NCBI GenBank assembly: GCA_050250895.1
Contig: JBFWNU010000002.1
Coordinates: forward strand, 631,659 to 695,658
Origin: Vulcanimicrobiota bacterium
GTDB lineage: Bacteria > Vulcanimicrobiota > Xenobia > Xenobiales > JADMJV01
Length of the DNA: 64,000 bases
Reading direction: 5' to 3'
Shown here: piece after piece, positions 19,412-28,205 of the stretch
Numbering within the stretch: the stretch's first letter is position 1
Layout: each line of letters begins with the position of its first letter
Notes under the pieces: model-generated
The model's database searches: none
Told to the model about the DNA's origin: nothing
Seen by the model: the letters and a program-made list of their open reading frames with translations, nothing else
Program-made: the position numbers and the translations under genes

Positions 19412-21037
19412 ATGTCTCAGAAACCGAACTACACAGACGTCGTTCATGACCTCGTTCGCCAGGCTGAGGAACCCCTCAAACTCGACGAGATGATCGCGGC
19501 TCTCGAAGCCGACAAAGACTTCGACTCCAAGAATCCGCGTTCGACCGTTCGTTCCATCGTTCGCACCAGCGGATTGATTCGGTCCGTAGGAGGCAGTCGC
19601 TTTGGCTGGTTGCCTCATCTGATTCGCGGGGCTCGACTTCGTCACGTGTTGTCCTTTCACGACTTCGAAGTGCGGGCCCTGACCTGGGACTATGACCTGC
19701 AGATGGCCCTGTGGCCGGCTATTCACGAGCCCGAGAAGCGCCGCGACGACGGCCCCATCAAACTCGCCCTCGAAAACGGACCCGAACTCGAGGTGCCCGC
19801 CGAAGAGGTCGATAAGAGCCTGCGCAGCCCGCTGGGACCAGAGTTCTGGGCCTGGCTCTCGGAAAACCGGGCCGAGCCCGGCGACCATCTCATCGTCACT
19901 GTCGAAGAGCCCGCCGAGAAGCTCTTTCGAGTGGCCCATCGGGCCCGGGCCAAGCGCAATCTCGACCTGATCCAAGAGCGCAACCGCGCTGCCAAGCGCG
20001 AAATCAACAAGTATCTGGGCACTCGTCGCGGCAAGACCGCCCCTCCCCTCGAGGTGGCCGGGGCCCTGCTGGCGCTGGGCTTTTACAACGATTCCACCCC
20101 TCCCTTCGGTCTGTCCAACCTGCTGCCCGAAAATTTGATGGAGGAGTACGGCCCGGCCGTACCCCTCGAAGGCGAAGACTACGAGACGCGCTCGAACGTC
20201 ATTCCCTTTCCCAACCGCGGCCGCCAACTCGATGACGAAGAGGACGAATCCGAGAACGGCCACGACCCCCATCCCTCGTTCGAGATCCACGTGCCCGCCC
20301 ACACCGGCCTCGAGTTACCCGACACCGAGAGCTACCAAAAGGCTCTCAACAGTCTGGCCGACTGCGAAGAGGTCTCTCCGGCCCTGGCCCTGCACACCCT
20401 CGAACTCTCGCGCGTGTGCTCGCCGGCCTACGCGCTACTCTCGCGCACGTCCGACTACGAGAACGAGTCGCTCGAACTGGCCGGCCAGGCCGTGGTGGCC
20501 GCCGAGCGCCGCCTGGCTCATACCATCATCGAGGCCGTCGTCTCGGGGGCCGAGATCAACATCGAAGAACCGATGGACCACTATCTCGAGGCCCGCAGCT
20601 TCCTAGCTCGAGCCCTGTGGATGGCCCAGGAAGACGACGCCGCCGTCGAACAGGCCGTGCACTGCTTCGAACTGGCCCCCGACGACCCCGGCATCCGCGA
20701 GGACCTGTTCGTCATGCTGCTCGACACCGACCGCGGCGAACTCGTGCTGGACCTGCTCGAACGTTTCCCCTCGCAGAGCGTGACCGAGAATCTCTACCAT
20801 CCGGCCCTGGTGAAACTGCTGGTCGACCCGGCCGACAAAGAGGCCGTTAAGTTCTTGCGCAAAGCCATCAAACACAACCCCTATCTGGCCAGCCTGCTGC
20901 TCGGCGAAGAGCCGAAGAAGGCCAAGAAATCGCAGGTCGACGAGGCGGAAGCCTACGAAGCCGCCTACGGCCACCTCTGGCGCCGCGAAGACGCCATTTT
21001 CGACACGCTGGAAGAGACGCTTTTGGCCCGCCGGTAA
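19412..21037 (+). CDS. Hypothetical protein, N-terminal winged-HTH-like region and C-terminal TPR-like region
   Basis: Long ORF with strong GC3 bias and helical repeats. Confidence 0.75.
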   Translation: MSQKPNYTDVVHDLVRQAEEPLKLDEMIAALEADKDFDSKNPRSTVRSIVRTSGLIRSVGGSRFGWLPHLIRGARLRHVLSFHDFEVRALTWDYDLQMALWPAIHEPEKRRDDGPIKLALENGPELEVPAEEVDKSLRSPLGPEFWAWLSENRAEPGDHLIVTVEEPAEKLFRVAHRARAKRNLDLIQERNRAAKREINKYLGTRRGKTAPPLEVAGALLALGFYNDSTPPFGLSNLLPENLMEEYGPAVPLEGEDYETRSNVIPFPNRGRQLDDEEDESENGHDPHPSFEIHVPAHTGLELPDTESYQKALNSLADCEEVSPALALHTLELSRVCSPAYALLSRTSDYENESLELAGQAVVAAERRLAHTIIEAVVSGAEINIEEPMDHYLEARSFLARALWMAQEDDAAVEQAVHCFELAPDDPGIREDLFVMLLDTDRGELVLDLLERFPSQSVTENLYHPALVKLLVDPADKEAVKFLRKAIKHNPYLASLLLGEEPKKAKKSQVDEAEAYEAAYGHLWRREDAIFDTLEETLLARR

Positions 21038-21339
21038 GCTCGCTTCGCTCACGGGGAGCGCACGCTTCGCTCACGGGGAGCGCTCGCTTCGCTCACGGGA
21101 GAAGGAGCTCTCGCTTCGCTTGAGGGAAAAGGAGCGGCCCTTCGGGCCGGGATAAGAAGCGTCGGTCGCTACCGCTCCCTCCGAGATATGTGTTTCTACG
21201 CTCTCCTTGTCGACGCGCAGCGTCGAGGTCTCCGCGCGAAGCGCTCGGCTCCTTTTCCCGCCGACGCAGTCGGCGCTCCCTGTCGACGCGCAGCGTCGAG
21301 AACTCCGCGAAGCGTCTCCCTGTCGGCCAACGGCCGACC
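21038..21339. repeat. Composite palindromic element, copy 1
   Basis: 22-bp GCTCGCTTCGCTCACGGGGAGC units, then a ~95-bp core, then one full and one partial 73-bp unit. Confidence 0.9.
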
Positions 21340-21723
21340 TCAACGAGACGCCGCTCCCTCATTTCGCAGGCGTCTTACCAGGCCATTGAGGAGCCTCCGA
21401 ACCTCGGCCATGCAACCCACTGTCGGGCCCAGTTCTCGGCGCTCGAGGTAGCCCAGGCGTATGGCCAGGTCGAGTAGAGTGTCGACCTCGGCCAAGCTCC
21501 CGAGTGCAATGTTCAAATGGAAGGCGAAGGCGCCTGAGGAGTTTCGAGCTTGGCCTTCAGCGATGTTGGCGGCTATGGACACACTGGCCCGCTGAATCTG
21601 AGAGGTGAGACCGAACATCTCGCTTCTGGGAAAGCGTTCGGACAAGCGGTAAATCAAAGGAGCTAGCTCCATGGCCCGTTGCCAGACCGCAAGTTTCTTA
21701 TAAGGTAAAGATTGCCTCCCCAC
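21340..21723 (-). CDS. Four helix bundle protein (23S rRNA IVP / TIGR02436-like)
   Basis: YKKLAVWQRAMEL...FPRSEMFGLTSQIQRASVSIAANIAEG...ALGSLAEVDT. Start inferred at a GTG. Confidence 0.92.
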   Translation of the reverse strand: MGRQSLPYKKLAVWQRAMELAPLIYRLSERFPRSEMFGLTSQIQRASVSIAANIAEGQARNSSGAFAFHLNIALGSLAEVDTLLDLAIRLGYLERRELGPTVGCMAEVRRLLNGLVRRLRNEGAASR

Positions 21724-21767
21724 TTCTTCGACACCCTGAGATCGCGTCCCGTCGAACGTCTGTCCAG

Positions 21768-22426
21768 GCGCTCGCTTCGCTCGCGGGAAAGGAGCGCTCG
21801 CTGCGCTCACGGGAAAAGGAGCTCTCGCTTCGCTTGAGGGAAAAGGAGCGGCCCTTTGGGCCGGGATAAGAAGCGTCGGTCGCTACCGCTCCCTCCGAGA
21901 TAGGTGTTTCTAGCGGCGTCAGCTGCTCTCCCTGTCGACGCGCAGCGTCGAGAACTCCGCGCGAAGCACTCGGCTCCTTTTCCCGCCGACGCAGTCGGCG
22001 CTCCCTGTCGACGCGCAGCGTCGAGGTCTCCGCGCGAAGCGCTCGGCTCCTTTTCCCGCCGACGCAGTCGGCGCTCCCTGTCGACGCGCAGCGTCGAGGT
22101 CTCCGCGCGAAGCGCTCGGCTCCTTTTCCCGCCGACGCAGTCGGCGCTCCCCGTCGACGCGCAGCGTCGAGGTCTCCGCGCGAAGCGCTCGGCTCCTTTT
22201 CCCGCCGACGCAGTCGGCGCTCCTCGCCGACGCGACAGCGTCGAGAACTCCGCGCGAAGCGCTCGGCTCCTTTTCCCGCCGACGCAGTCAGCGCTCCTCG
22301 CCGACGCGACAGCGTCGAGAACTCCGGGCGAAGCCCACGGCTCCTTTTCCCGCCGACGCAGTCGGCGCTCCCTGTCGATGCGGAGCGGCGAAATCTCAGC
22401 CGCAGGCTGCTCCCTGTCAGGCCGAC
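21768..22426. repeat. Composite palindromic element, copy 2
   Basis: Same core as copy 1, about six 73-74-bp units starting at 21933. Confidence 0.9.
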
Positions 22427-24835
22427 CTACCAGAGCTGCGCGCGCTGCTCTTCGGGAAGGGTCATCGGCTCGTTCGAGTCGACGCCGAAGGCAGCCGCGA
22501 AGGCCGGGGTGTTCTTCAGGGTCTGGTTGACGCGGAAGGGGGCGACCGGGTGGGGATCGGTCTGGACCTGCTGGCGCACGTATTCGGGACGAGCGTTGGT
22601 GGCCCAGATCTGGCCGAAGCCCTGGAAGAAGCGTTGCTCGGGGGTAAAGCCCTCGACTTTGGCGTCGAAGCTCGAGCCGGCCAGCGAGTTTTGCAGCGCC
22701 GTCAGGCTCAGATTTACGCCACCCAGGTCAGCCAGCGACTCGCCCAGCACCAGGTCGCCGTTGAGGTGCAGGCCGGGTTCGACCTCGTAGTTGTTGGCCT
22801 GGGTCTTGATCACACCGGCGCGCTCTTCGAACTTGGCCAGGTCTTCTTCGGTCCACCAGTTGCGCAGGTTGCCCTGGGCATCGAACTGGGCTCCGCTATC
22901 GTCGAAGCCGTGGGTGAATTCGTGGCCGATGACCACGCCGATGCCGCCGTAGTTGATGGGGTCGTCGGCGTTGGCGTCGAAGAAGGGCGGTTGCAGGATC
23001 GCGGCCGGGAAGACGATCTCGTTGGCCAGCGGGTTGTAGTAGGCGTTGACCATGGCCGGGCTCATGTGCCACTCGCTGCGGTCGACCGGCTTGCCGATCT
23101 TCTCGAGGTCTTCGTGGGCGCCGAAGGCACGGCTGCGGAGCACGTTGTTGGCATAGGCGCTACGGTCGACGGCCAGTCCGTCGTAGGTGGGCCACTCGTC
23201 AGGATAGCCGACTTTAACGGCCACCGTCGACAGCTTTTCGAGGGCCTGCTTCTTGGTCTCGTCGCTCATCCAGTCGAGCGAGCGAATGTGCTGGCCGATG
23301 GCCCCGCGAATGTTTTCGATCATCTCCTCGGCGCGGGCTTTGGCTTCGGGCGGGAAGGCGCGCTCGACGTAGGCTTTGCCCAGGGCCATGCCGAGGGTGC
23401 CGGCGGTGGCCTCCGAGATGCGCTTCCAGCGAGGCGGGCGCTGCTCGACGCCGCGCAGGGTCTTGCCGTAGAAGTCGAAGTCTTGCTCGTCGAACCGGGC
23501 CGGCAGGGCGCTGGCGGTCGAGTTGAGGACGTTCCACTGCAGGTAAGCTTTCCAGTCGTCGACGGGGGTGTCGACCAGGGCCGTGTCGAGAGCCTGGAAG
23601 AAGCGAGGTGTGCCCATGTTGAGGGTTTCGAGACTGTCTAGTCCGCGCGTTCCGAGATAGTTGTTCCAGTTGAAATTGGGGGTCAGCGCGTTGAGTTCGT
23701 CGCGGTTCATGATGTGATAGGTGGCGTCGGGATCGCGCATCTCGGCGCGGTCGAGCGACGCTTCGGCCAGGCGAGTCTCGATGGCCATCACCTTCTCGGC
23801 TTTGGTGGCGGCGGTTTGCTGGTCGTCACCCATCAGTTCGAACATCTTGCCGATGTGAGCCTGGTAGGCCTGGCGGATGCTGATCGACTTCTCGTCTTGC
23901 TTGGTGTAATAGGCTTTTCCGGGCAGGCCCAGCCCGCCCTGGTAAGCGGCGGCGATGGTCTGGGTGCTGTTCTTGTAGTCTTCGGTCGAGCCGAACTCGA
24001 AAAAGCCCGGCATGCCCTGGTTGTGGAAGTCGGCGATGGCGGTCTGCAGCGAGGCGGCGTCGGTGATCGAGGCGATGCGATCGAGCATCGGCTGGACCGG
24101 GGTCAAGCCGGCGGCCTCGATGGTGGCGGTGTCCATTCCGCTGTAGTAGAAGTCGCCCAGCTTCTGCTCGACCGAGCCCTGGGTGAAGTCGTCACGCGAG
24201 GCGTACTCTTCGAGGATCTCTTTTTGGATGGCCGTGCTGGCGTCGCGCAGTTCGTTGAAGCGGCCCCAGCGGGACTGGTCCGAAGGGATGGGATTGTTGG
24301 CCAACCAGCCTCCGTTGACGTGCTGATAGAAGTCGTCCTGGGCGCGGGTGTTGGTGTCACGATTGCCCAGGTCAAAGCCGGTGCCGGGCACCGACTGGGC
24401 GCCGGTCATGGCGATGTCGCGCAGGGTGGTCAGGTAGGCGGCGCCGGCGCCGCTACCGTGGGAAGAGCTGATATCGAGAATCTCCTGAGCTTTGGAAGCC
24501 GCCTGAGGATCAAACGTCTGGCCGGCCAGGGCCTGCAGATAGACCTTGCCGACGGTGGCGCGGCTGGCGGGAGTGTCCTTTTGTTCGACCGAGCGCACGC
24601 CCTGCTGGGCCAGCACGACCGCTAAGGGACCCTGCAGCCCGCTCGAGAGGGCGACTTTGACGGCGGTTTGCTGGGCGGTGTCGGCCAGCGAAGCGGCCGG
24701 GGTCGAAGGAGGGGCCTGACTCTTTGAGGCTTCGAAGCTGTCGGCCGCCGGGGCCGCTTCGGGCTGGGCTTGGGCGGCGGGTGCCGCGGCTGCTCGGGTA
24801 GTAGGGACGTAGGTGTTCAGGCCAATGATTTTCAC
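22427..24835 (-). CDS. M13 family metallopeptidase (PepO/neprilysin-like) with N-terminal extension
   Basis: DDFYQHVNGGW, VNAYY, GHEFTHGFDD, GESLAD. GTG start after GGAGG. Confidence 0.93.
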   Translation of the reverse strand: MKIIGLNTYVPTTRAAAAPAAQAQPEAAPAADSFEASKSQAPPSTPAASLADTAQQTAVKVALSSGLQGPLAVVLAQQGVRSVEQKDTPASRATVGKVYLQALAGQTFDPQAASKAQEILDISSSHGSGAGAAYLTTLRDIAMTGAQSVPGTGFDLGNRDTNTRAQDDFYQHVNGGWLANNPIPSDQSRWGRFNELRDASTAIQKEILEEYASRDDFTQGSVEQKLGDFYYSGMDTATIEAAGLTPVQPMLDRIASITDAASLQTAIADFHNQGMPGFFEFGSTEDYKNSTQTIAAAYQGGLGLPGKAYYTKQDEKSISIRQAYQAHIGKMFELMGDDQQTAATKAEKVMAIETRLAEASLDRAEMRDPDATYHIMNRDELNALTPNFNWNNYLGTRGLDSLETLNMGTPRFFQALDTALVDTPVDDWKAYLQWNVLNSTASALPARFDEQDFDFYGKTLRGVEQRPPRWKRISEATAGTLGMALGKAYVERAFPPEAKARAEEMIENIRGAIGQHIRSLDWMSDETKKQALEKLSTVAVKVGYPDEWPTYDGLAVDRSAYANNVLRSRAFGAHEDLEKIGKPVDRSEWHMSPAMVNAYYNPLANEIVFPAAILQPPFFDANADDPINYGGIGVVIGHEFTHGFDDSGAQFDAQGNLRNWWTEEDLAKFEERAGVIKTQANNYEVEPGLHLNGDLVLGESLADLGGVNLSLTALQNSLAGSSFDAKVEGFTPEQRFFQGFGQIWATNARPEYVRQQVQTDPHPVAPFRVNQTLKNTPAFAAAFGVDSNEPMTLPEEQRAQLW

Positions 24836-24922
24836 TGCTTCCTCCAGTAGACTTCTGTGGGCCCACCGTATGACGCTGGAGGATGCTTTTCGTTGCCTTC
24901 TTGTTACAACTATGTCAGGGTT

Positions 24923-25594
24923 GCTCGCTGCGCTCGCCGGGGAGCGCTCGCTTCGCTCACGGGGAGCGCTCGCTTCGCTCACGGGGAGCGCTCGCTTCGC
25001 TCACGGGAGAAGGAGCTCTCGCTTCGCTCGAGGGAAAGGAGCGGCACTTCGGGCCGGGATAAGAAGCGTCGGTCGCTACCGCTCCCTCCGAGATATGTGT
25101 TTCTAGCGGCGTCAGCCGCTCTCCCTGTCGACGCGCAGCGTCGCGAACTCCGCGCGAAGCGCCCGGCTCCTTCTCCCGCCGACGCAGTCGGCGCTCCCTG
25201 TCGACGCGAAAGCGTCGAGGTCTCTGCGAAGCGGCTCCTTTTCCCGCCGACGCAGTCGGCGCTCCCTGTCGACGCGAAAGCGTCGAGGTCTCTGCGAAGC
25301 GGCTCCTTTTCCCGCCGACGCAGTCGGCGCTCCCTGTCGACGCGCAGCGTCGAGAACTCCGCGCGAAGCGCCCGGCTCCTTTTCCCGCCGACGCAGTCGG
25401 CGCTCCCTGTCGACGCGCAGCGTCGAGAACTCCGCGCGAAGCGCCCGGCTCCTTCTCCCGCCGACGCAGTCGGCGCTCCCTGTCGACGCGCAGCGTCGAG
25501 AACTCCGCGCGAAGCGCCCGGCTCCTTCTCCCGCCGACGCAGTCGGCGCTCCCTGTCGACGCGACAGCGTCGAGAGCTCCGCGACGCGGCTCCC
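24923..25594. repeat. Composite palindromic element, copy 3
   Basis: Four 22-bp-type units, then the core, then units at 25126, 25199, 25267, 25335, 25408, 25481 and 25554 (73 or 68 bp; last one partial). Confidence 0.9.
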
Positions 25595-25705
25595 CTAGAG
25601 AAGCCAGTAGTCGAATTGAGAGAAGATAAAGTCGATCCCGGCCAGGCTGGCCAGGGCCACCACGCAAAAACAGATATGAAGGTCGAGGAAACGTTTCTGT
25701 AGCAT
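25595..25705 (-). CDS. Putative 36-aa hydrophobic small protein
   Basis: Manual translation MLQKRFLDLHICFCVVALASLAGIDFIFSQFDYWLL*. The stop abuts element copy 3. Confidence 0.4.
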   Translation of the reverse strand: MLQKRFLDLHICFCVVALASLAGIDFIFSQFDYWLL

Positions 25706-25788
25706 CTTGAATTTCGTTCAACTAGAACATTTGTTCTCCTCCCGGGCCGGGTGAAGGGGACTGAAACGCCCGTCCGGAATGGTGGGGG

Positions 25789-26037
25789 ATGAGCCGCCGA
25801 ACCTTCTACGGAAAAGTCCGAAGCATCCAAACTTATCGTCAAGACGAAGCCGTCTTGCGCCGGGTCTTCGTCAGTACCGGGCATCCCCGGGCCACTGCCG
25901 ACGCTACCCTCGAGATTCTCGAGCCCGACGGACTCGGGTCCGAGTTTCTGGCGGAACTCAAGCGCGCCCAGAATCACGGCTTTTCGGTTTCGGTGACCCT
26001 CGAAGGGTCGCAGATCGTAGACCTGCATGTCGACTGA
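25789..26037 (+). CDS. Small hypothetical protein
   Basis: 82-aa ORF after GGTGGGGG, overlapping the start of the next gene. Confidence 0.6.
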   Translation: MSRRTFYGKVRSIQTYRQDEAVLRRVFVSTGHPRATADATLEILEPDGLGSEFLAELKRAQNHGFSVSVTLEGSQIVDLHVD

Positions 26038-28201
26038 ATCGACGATCGCGTTCAAGGCGACGACCCTCGAGCGGGGTGGCGTGCTCGTCGAGTGGGGCGA
26101 GTTTCGGGCCCAGATCGGCGCCTATCCCGAGACCATCAAAGACACGATCGTCTCGAGCGAGGGCGTTCCCCAGATTTTCATCCTGCCCGAGCGACTGTTC
26201 GATATCCAGCAGGGTGTGACCATGGCCGAATTGGAGTTTCCGGTCTACTTCAACTTCTACGTCAAGCAACGAACGACTCGATTCGTTTGCCGGCAAGAGC
26301 AGCTCGGACCGATACTTCAGGTGCTCAAAGAATCGGTTTTCGGCCCCGCCGAACTAGACTATGCCCACGAGTATCATCGTGGCCGTGACTCGTTTGGCTT
26401 TCCCGACCTGGCCGACGAGATGAGCTATTTCAAGGAGGGTCCCGACGGCCGCAAGCTGCAACTCAACGACATGGTCACTCCGCGCGCCTTCGACCGCGAC
26501 GGGGTGGCCGAGATCGACGGAGTTGTCATCGAGGCGCTACCGCGCGACCACTATCGTTTCCGTCGGGGTAGCGAGCAACACGAGGTAGCCTTTTCACCTC
26601 TTCCCTTCGAATCGCTCAGTCTCGAAGGTCAGCGCTACACACCGCCAGTTTTTGGAGTCACCGTCATTGGCAGCGGGCACGGTTTCGACGCCAAGAGTTC
26701 GACTTCGGGTTTTCTCATCTGGCTCAACGGGCGCGGGGTTCTGGTCGACCCGCCGGTGCACTCCACCGACTGGCTGCGCCGCAGCGGAATCGACACCCGA
26801 CTGGTCGAGGATATCATCCTGACCCATTGTCACGCCGATCATGATTCAGGCACTCTGCAAAAGGTGCTCCAGGAGGGTCGGGTGGTGTTGCACACCACCC
26901 CCACCGTGCTCGAGAGTTTCATGCGAAAATACGGTGGCGTCACCGGCCTCACCTCAACGCAGTTTCGCAGTCTTTTCGATTTTCAGACCGTGACGGTGGG
27001 CGAGCCGATGCATATCGCCGGGGGGCGCTTCTGTTTCAAGTATACCTTCCACCCCATTCCCACCCTGGGGTTTGATCTCGAGTTCGGTGGCAAACGGTTC
27101 GCCTATTCCTGCGATACGCTCTATGAACCGACCATGCTCGGGCAGTTGGCCGACAGCGGCCGGCTCTCGCAGGATCGAGTCAAAGACCTGCTCGATTTCC
27201 CCTTTGATGCCGACCTGGTCTTTCATGAGGCCGGCGTCCCACCAATTCACACGCCCACCAGTGTGCTGGCCGAGCTGCCTGAGGAGAAGCGTCGCAATCT
27301 CTATTTGACGCACGTCTCGGACTCGGCCGTGCCCAGCACCTTGCGGCTTGCTCCCACCGGGGTCGAGAACACCCTGACGATCAAACTCGACGAGTTGCCC
27401 GACGTGACCCAGGCCCAGAAGATGCTCGAGGTGCTGGCCCACATCGAGATCTTTCAGGAGTTTCGTATCCGTAAGGCCCTCGAGTTTCTCTCGATTGCCG
27501 ACTACATGAATGTCGAGCCGGGCACCGTATTGATTCGCACCGGCGAGCCCGGCGACAAGTTCTTCGTGATCATTTCGGGCGATGCCCAGGTGATTAAGGA
27601 TGGCGAGGTGATCAAGGTGGCCAGCCGCTTCGACTATTTTGGCGAGATGGCTCTGGTCTTGAGCCAGCCGCGCTATGCCGATGTGGTGGCGCTGACCGCC
27701 ATGGAAGTGTTGGCCATCGGCCGTCGCGAGTTCTTGAACTTCATCGAGGGCACCGGGTTGCACGAGGTCCTGGAACGGGTCTCGGCCAACAAGATGCAGG
27801 GCTCCTGGCCCGTGCTGGGCGAGAACCGACTGCTCGGACCGCTCACCACCTATCAGAAGACCCAGTTGCTGGCCTTTATGGAGCTGACCCGCTTTGAGGC
27901 GGGCGAGGTGCTCTTTTCGGTCGGGCAAGCGGTGGACCGGTGTTTTCTCATCGACGAAGGCAAGGTCCGCCTGACCCACCCCGACGGAGACTCGGTCAGC
28001 CTGGGGCGAGGCGCCTTTCTCGCGGGATTGACCGACCGGAAAGAAGAGTCGATCTATCGAGTCAACGCCGGGGCCGTCGAGCCGACCATGGCCTACGTCA
28101 TGCCGGCAGGTCAGGTGCGGGCGTTCTTCGGAGCCAATCCTGGGACCTACGTGCGTCTATTGGCGGGACTTCATCACAACAAGTTCTGTTACTTGCCGTA
28201 G
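26027..28201 (+). CDS. MBL-fold cyclic-nucleotide phosphodiesterase-like protein with two cNMP-binding domains
   Basis: GSGHGFD, THCHADHDSG, H.IPT, FHEAG. CNB domain with FGEMAL...PRYADV, plus a second degenerate CNB. Confidence 0.88.
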   Translation: MSTESTIAFKATTLERGGVLVEWGEFRAQIGAYPETIKDTIVSSEGVPQIFILPERLFDIQQGVTMAELEFPVYFNFYVKQRTTRFVCRQEQLGPILQVLKESVFGPAELDYAHEYHRGRDSFGFPDLADEMSYFKEGPDGRKLQLNDMVTPRAFDRDGVAEIDGVVIEALPRDHYRFRRGSEQHEVAFSPLPFESLSLEGQRYTPPVFGVTVIGSGHGFDAKSSTSGFLIWLNGRGVLVDPPVHSTDWLRRSGIDTRLVEDIILTHCHADHDSGTLQKVLQEGRVVLHTTPTVLESFMRKYGGVTGLTSTQFRSLFDFQTVTVGEPMHIAGGRFCFKYTFHPIPTLGFDLEFGGKRFAYSCDTLYEPTMLGQLADSGRLSQDRVKDLLDFPFDADLVFHEAGVPPIHTPTSVLAELPEEKRRNLYLTHVSDSAVPSTLRLAPTGVENTLTIKLDELPDVTQAQKMLEVLAHIEIFQEFRIRKALEFLSIADYMNVEPGTVLIRTGEPGDKFFVIISGDAQVIKDGEVIKVASRFDYFGEMALVLSQPRYADVVALTAMEVLAIGRREFLNFIEGTGLHEVLERVSANKMQGSWPVLGENRLLGPLTTYQKTQLLAFMELTRFEAGEVLFSVGQAVDRCFLIDEGKVRLTHPDGDSVSLGRGAFLAGLTDRKEESIYRVNAGAVEPTMAYVMPAGQVRAFFGANPGTYVRLLAGLHHNKFCYLP

Positions 28202-28205
28202 GCCC

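Noticed and set aside
21933-25594. 73-bp tandem units as CRISPR repeat-spacer units or integron attC sites
   Set aside because: Whole units are near-identical with no variable spacer. I saw no RYYYAAC/GTTRRRY ends and no integrase.
21071-26055. ORFs running through the composite elements (e.g. 21904-22530, 24857-25702, 24957-25721, 24979-26055)
   Set aside because: Their translations are periodic Arg/Ser/Ala-rich read-outs of the DNA repeat in several frames; the unit length is not a multiple of 3.
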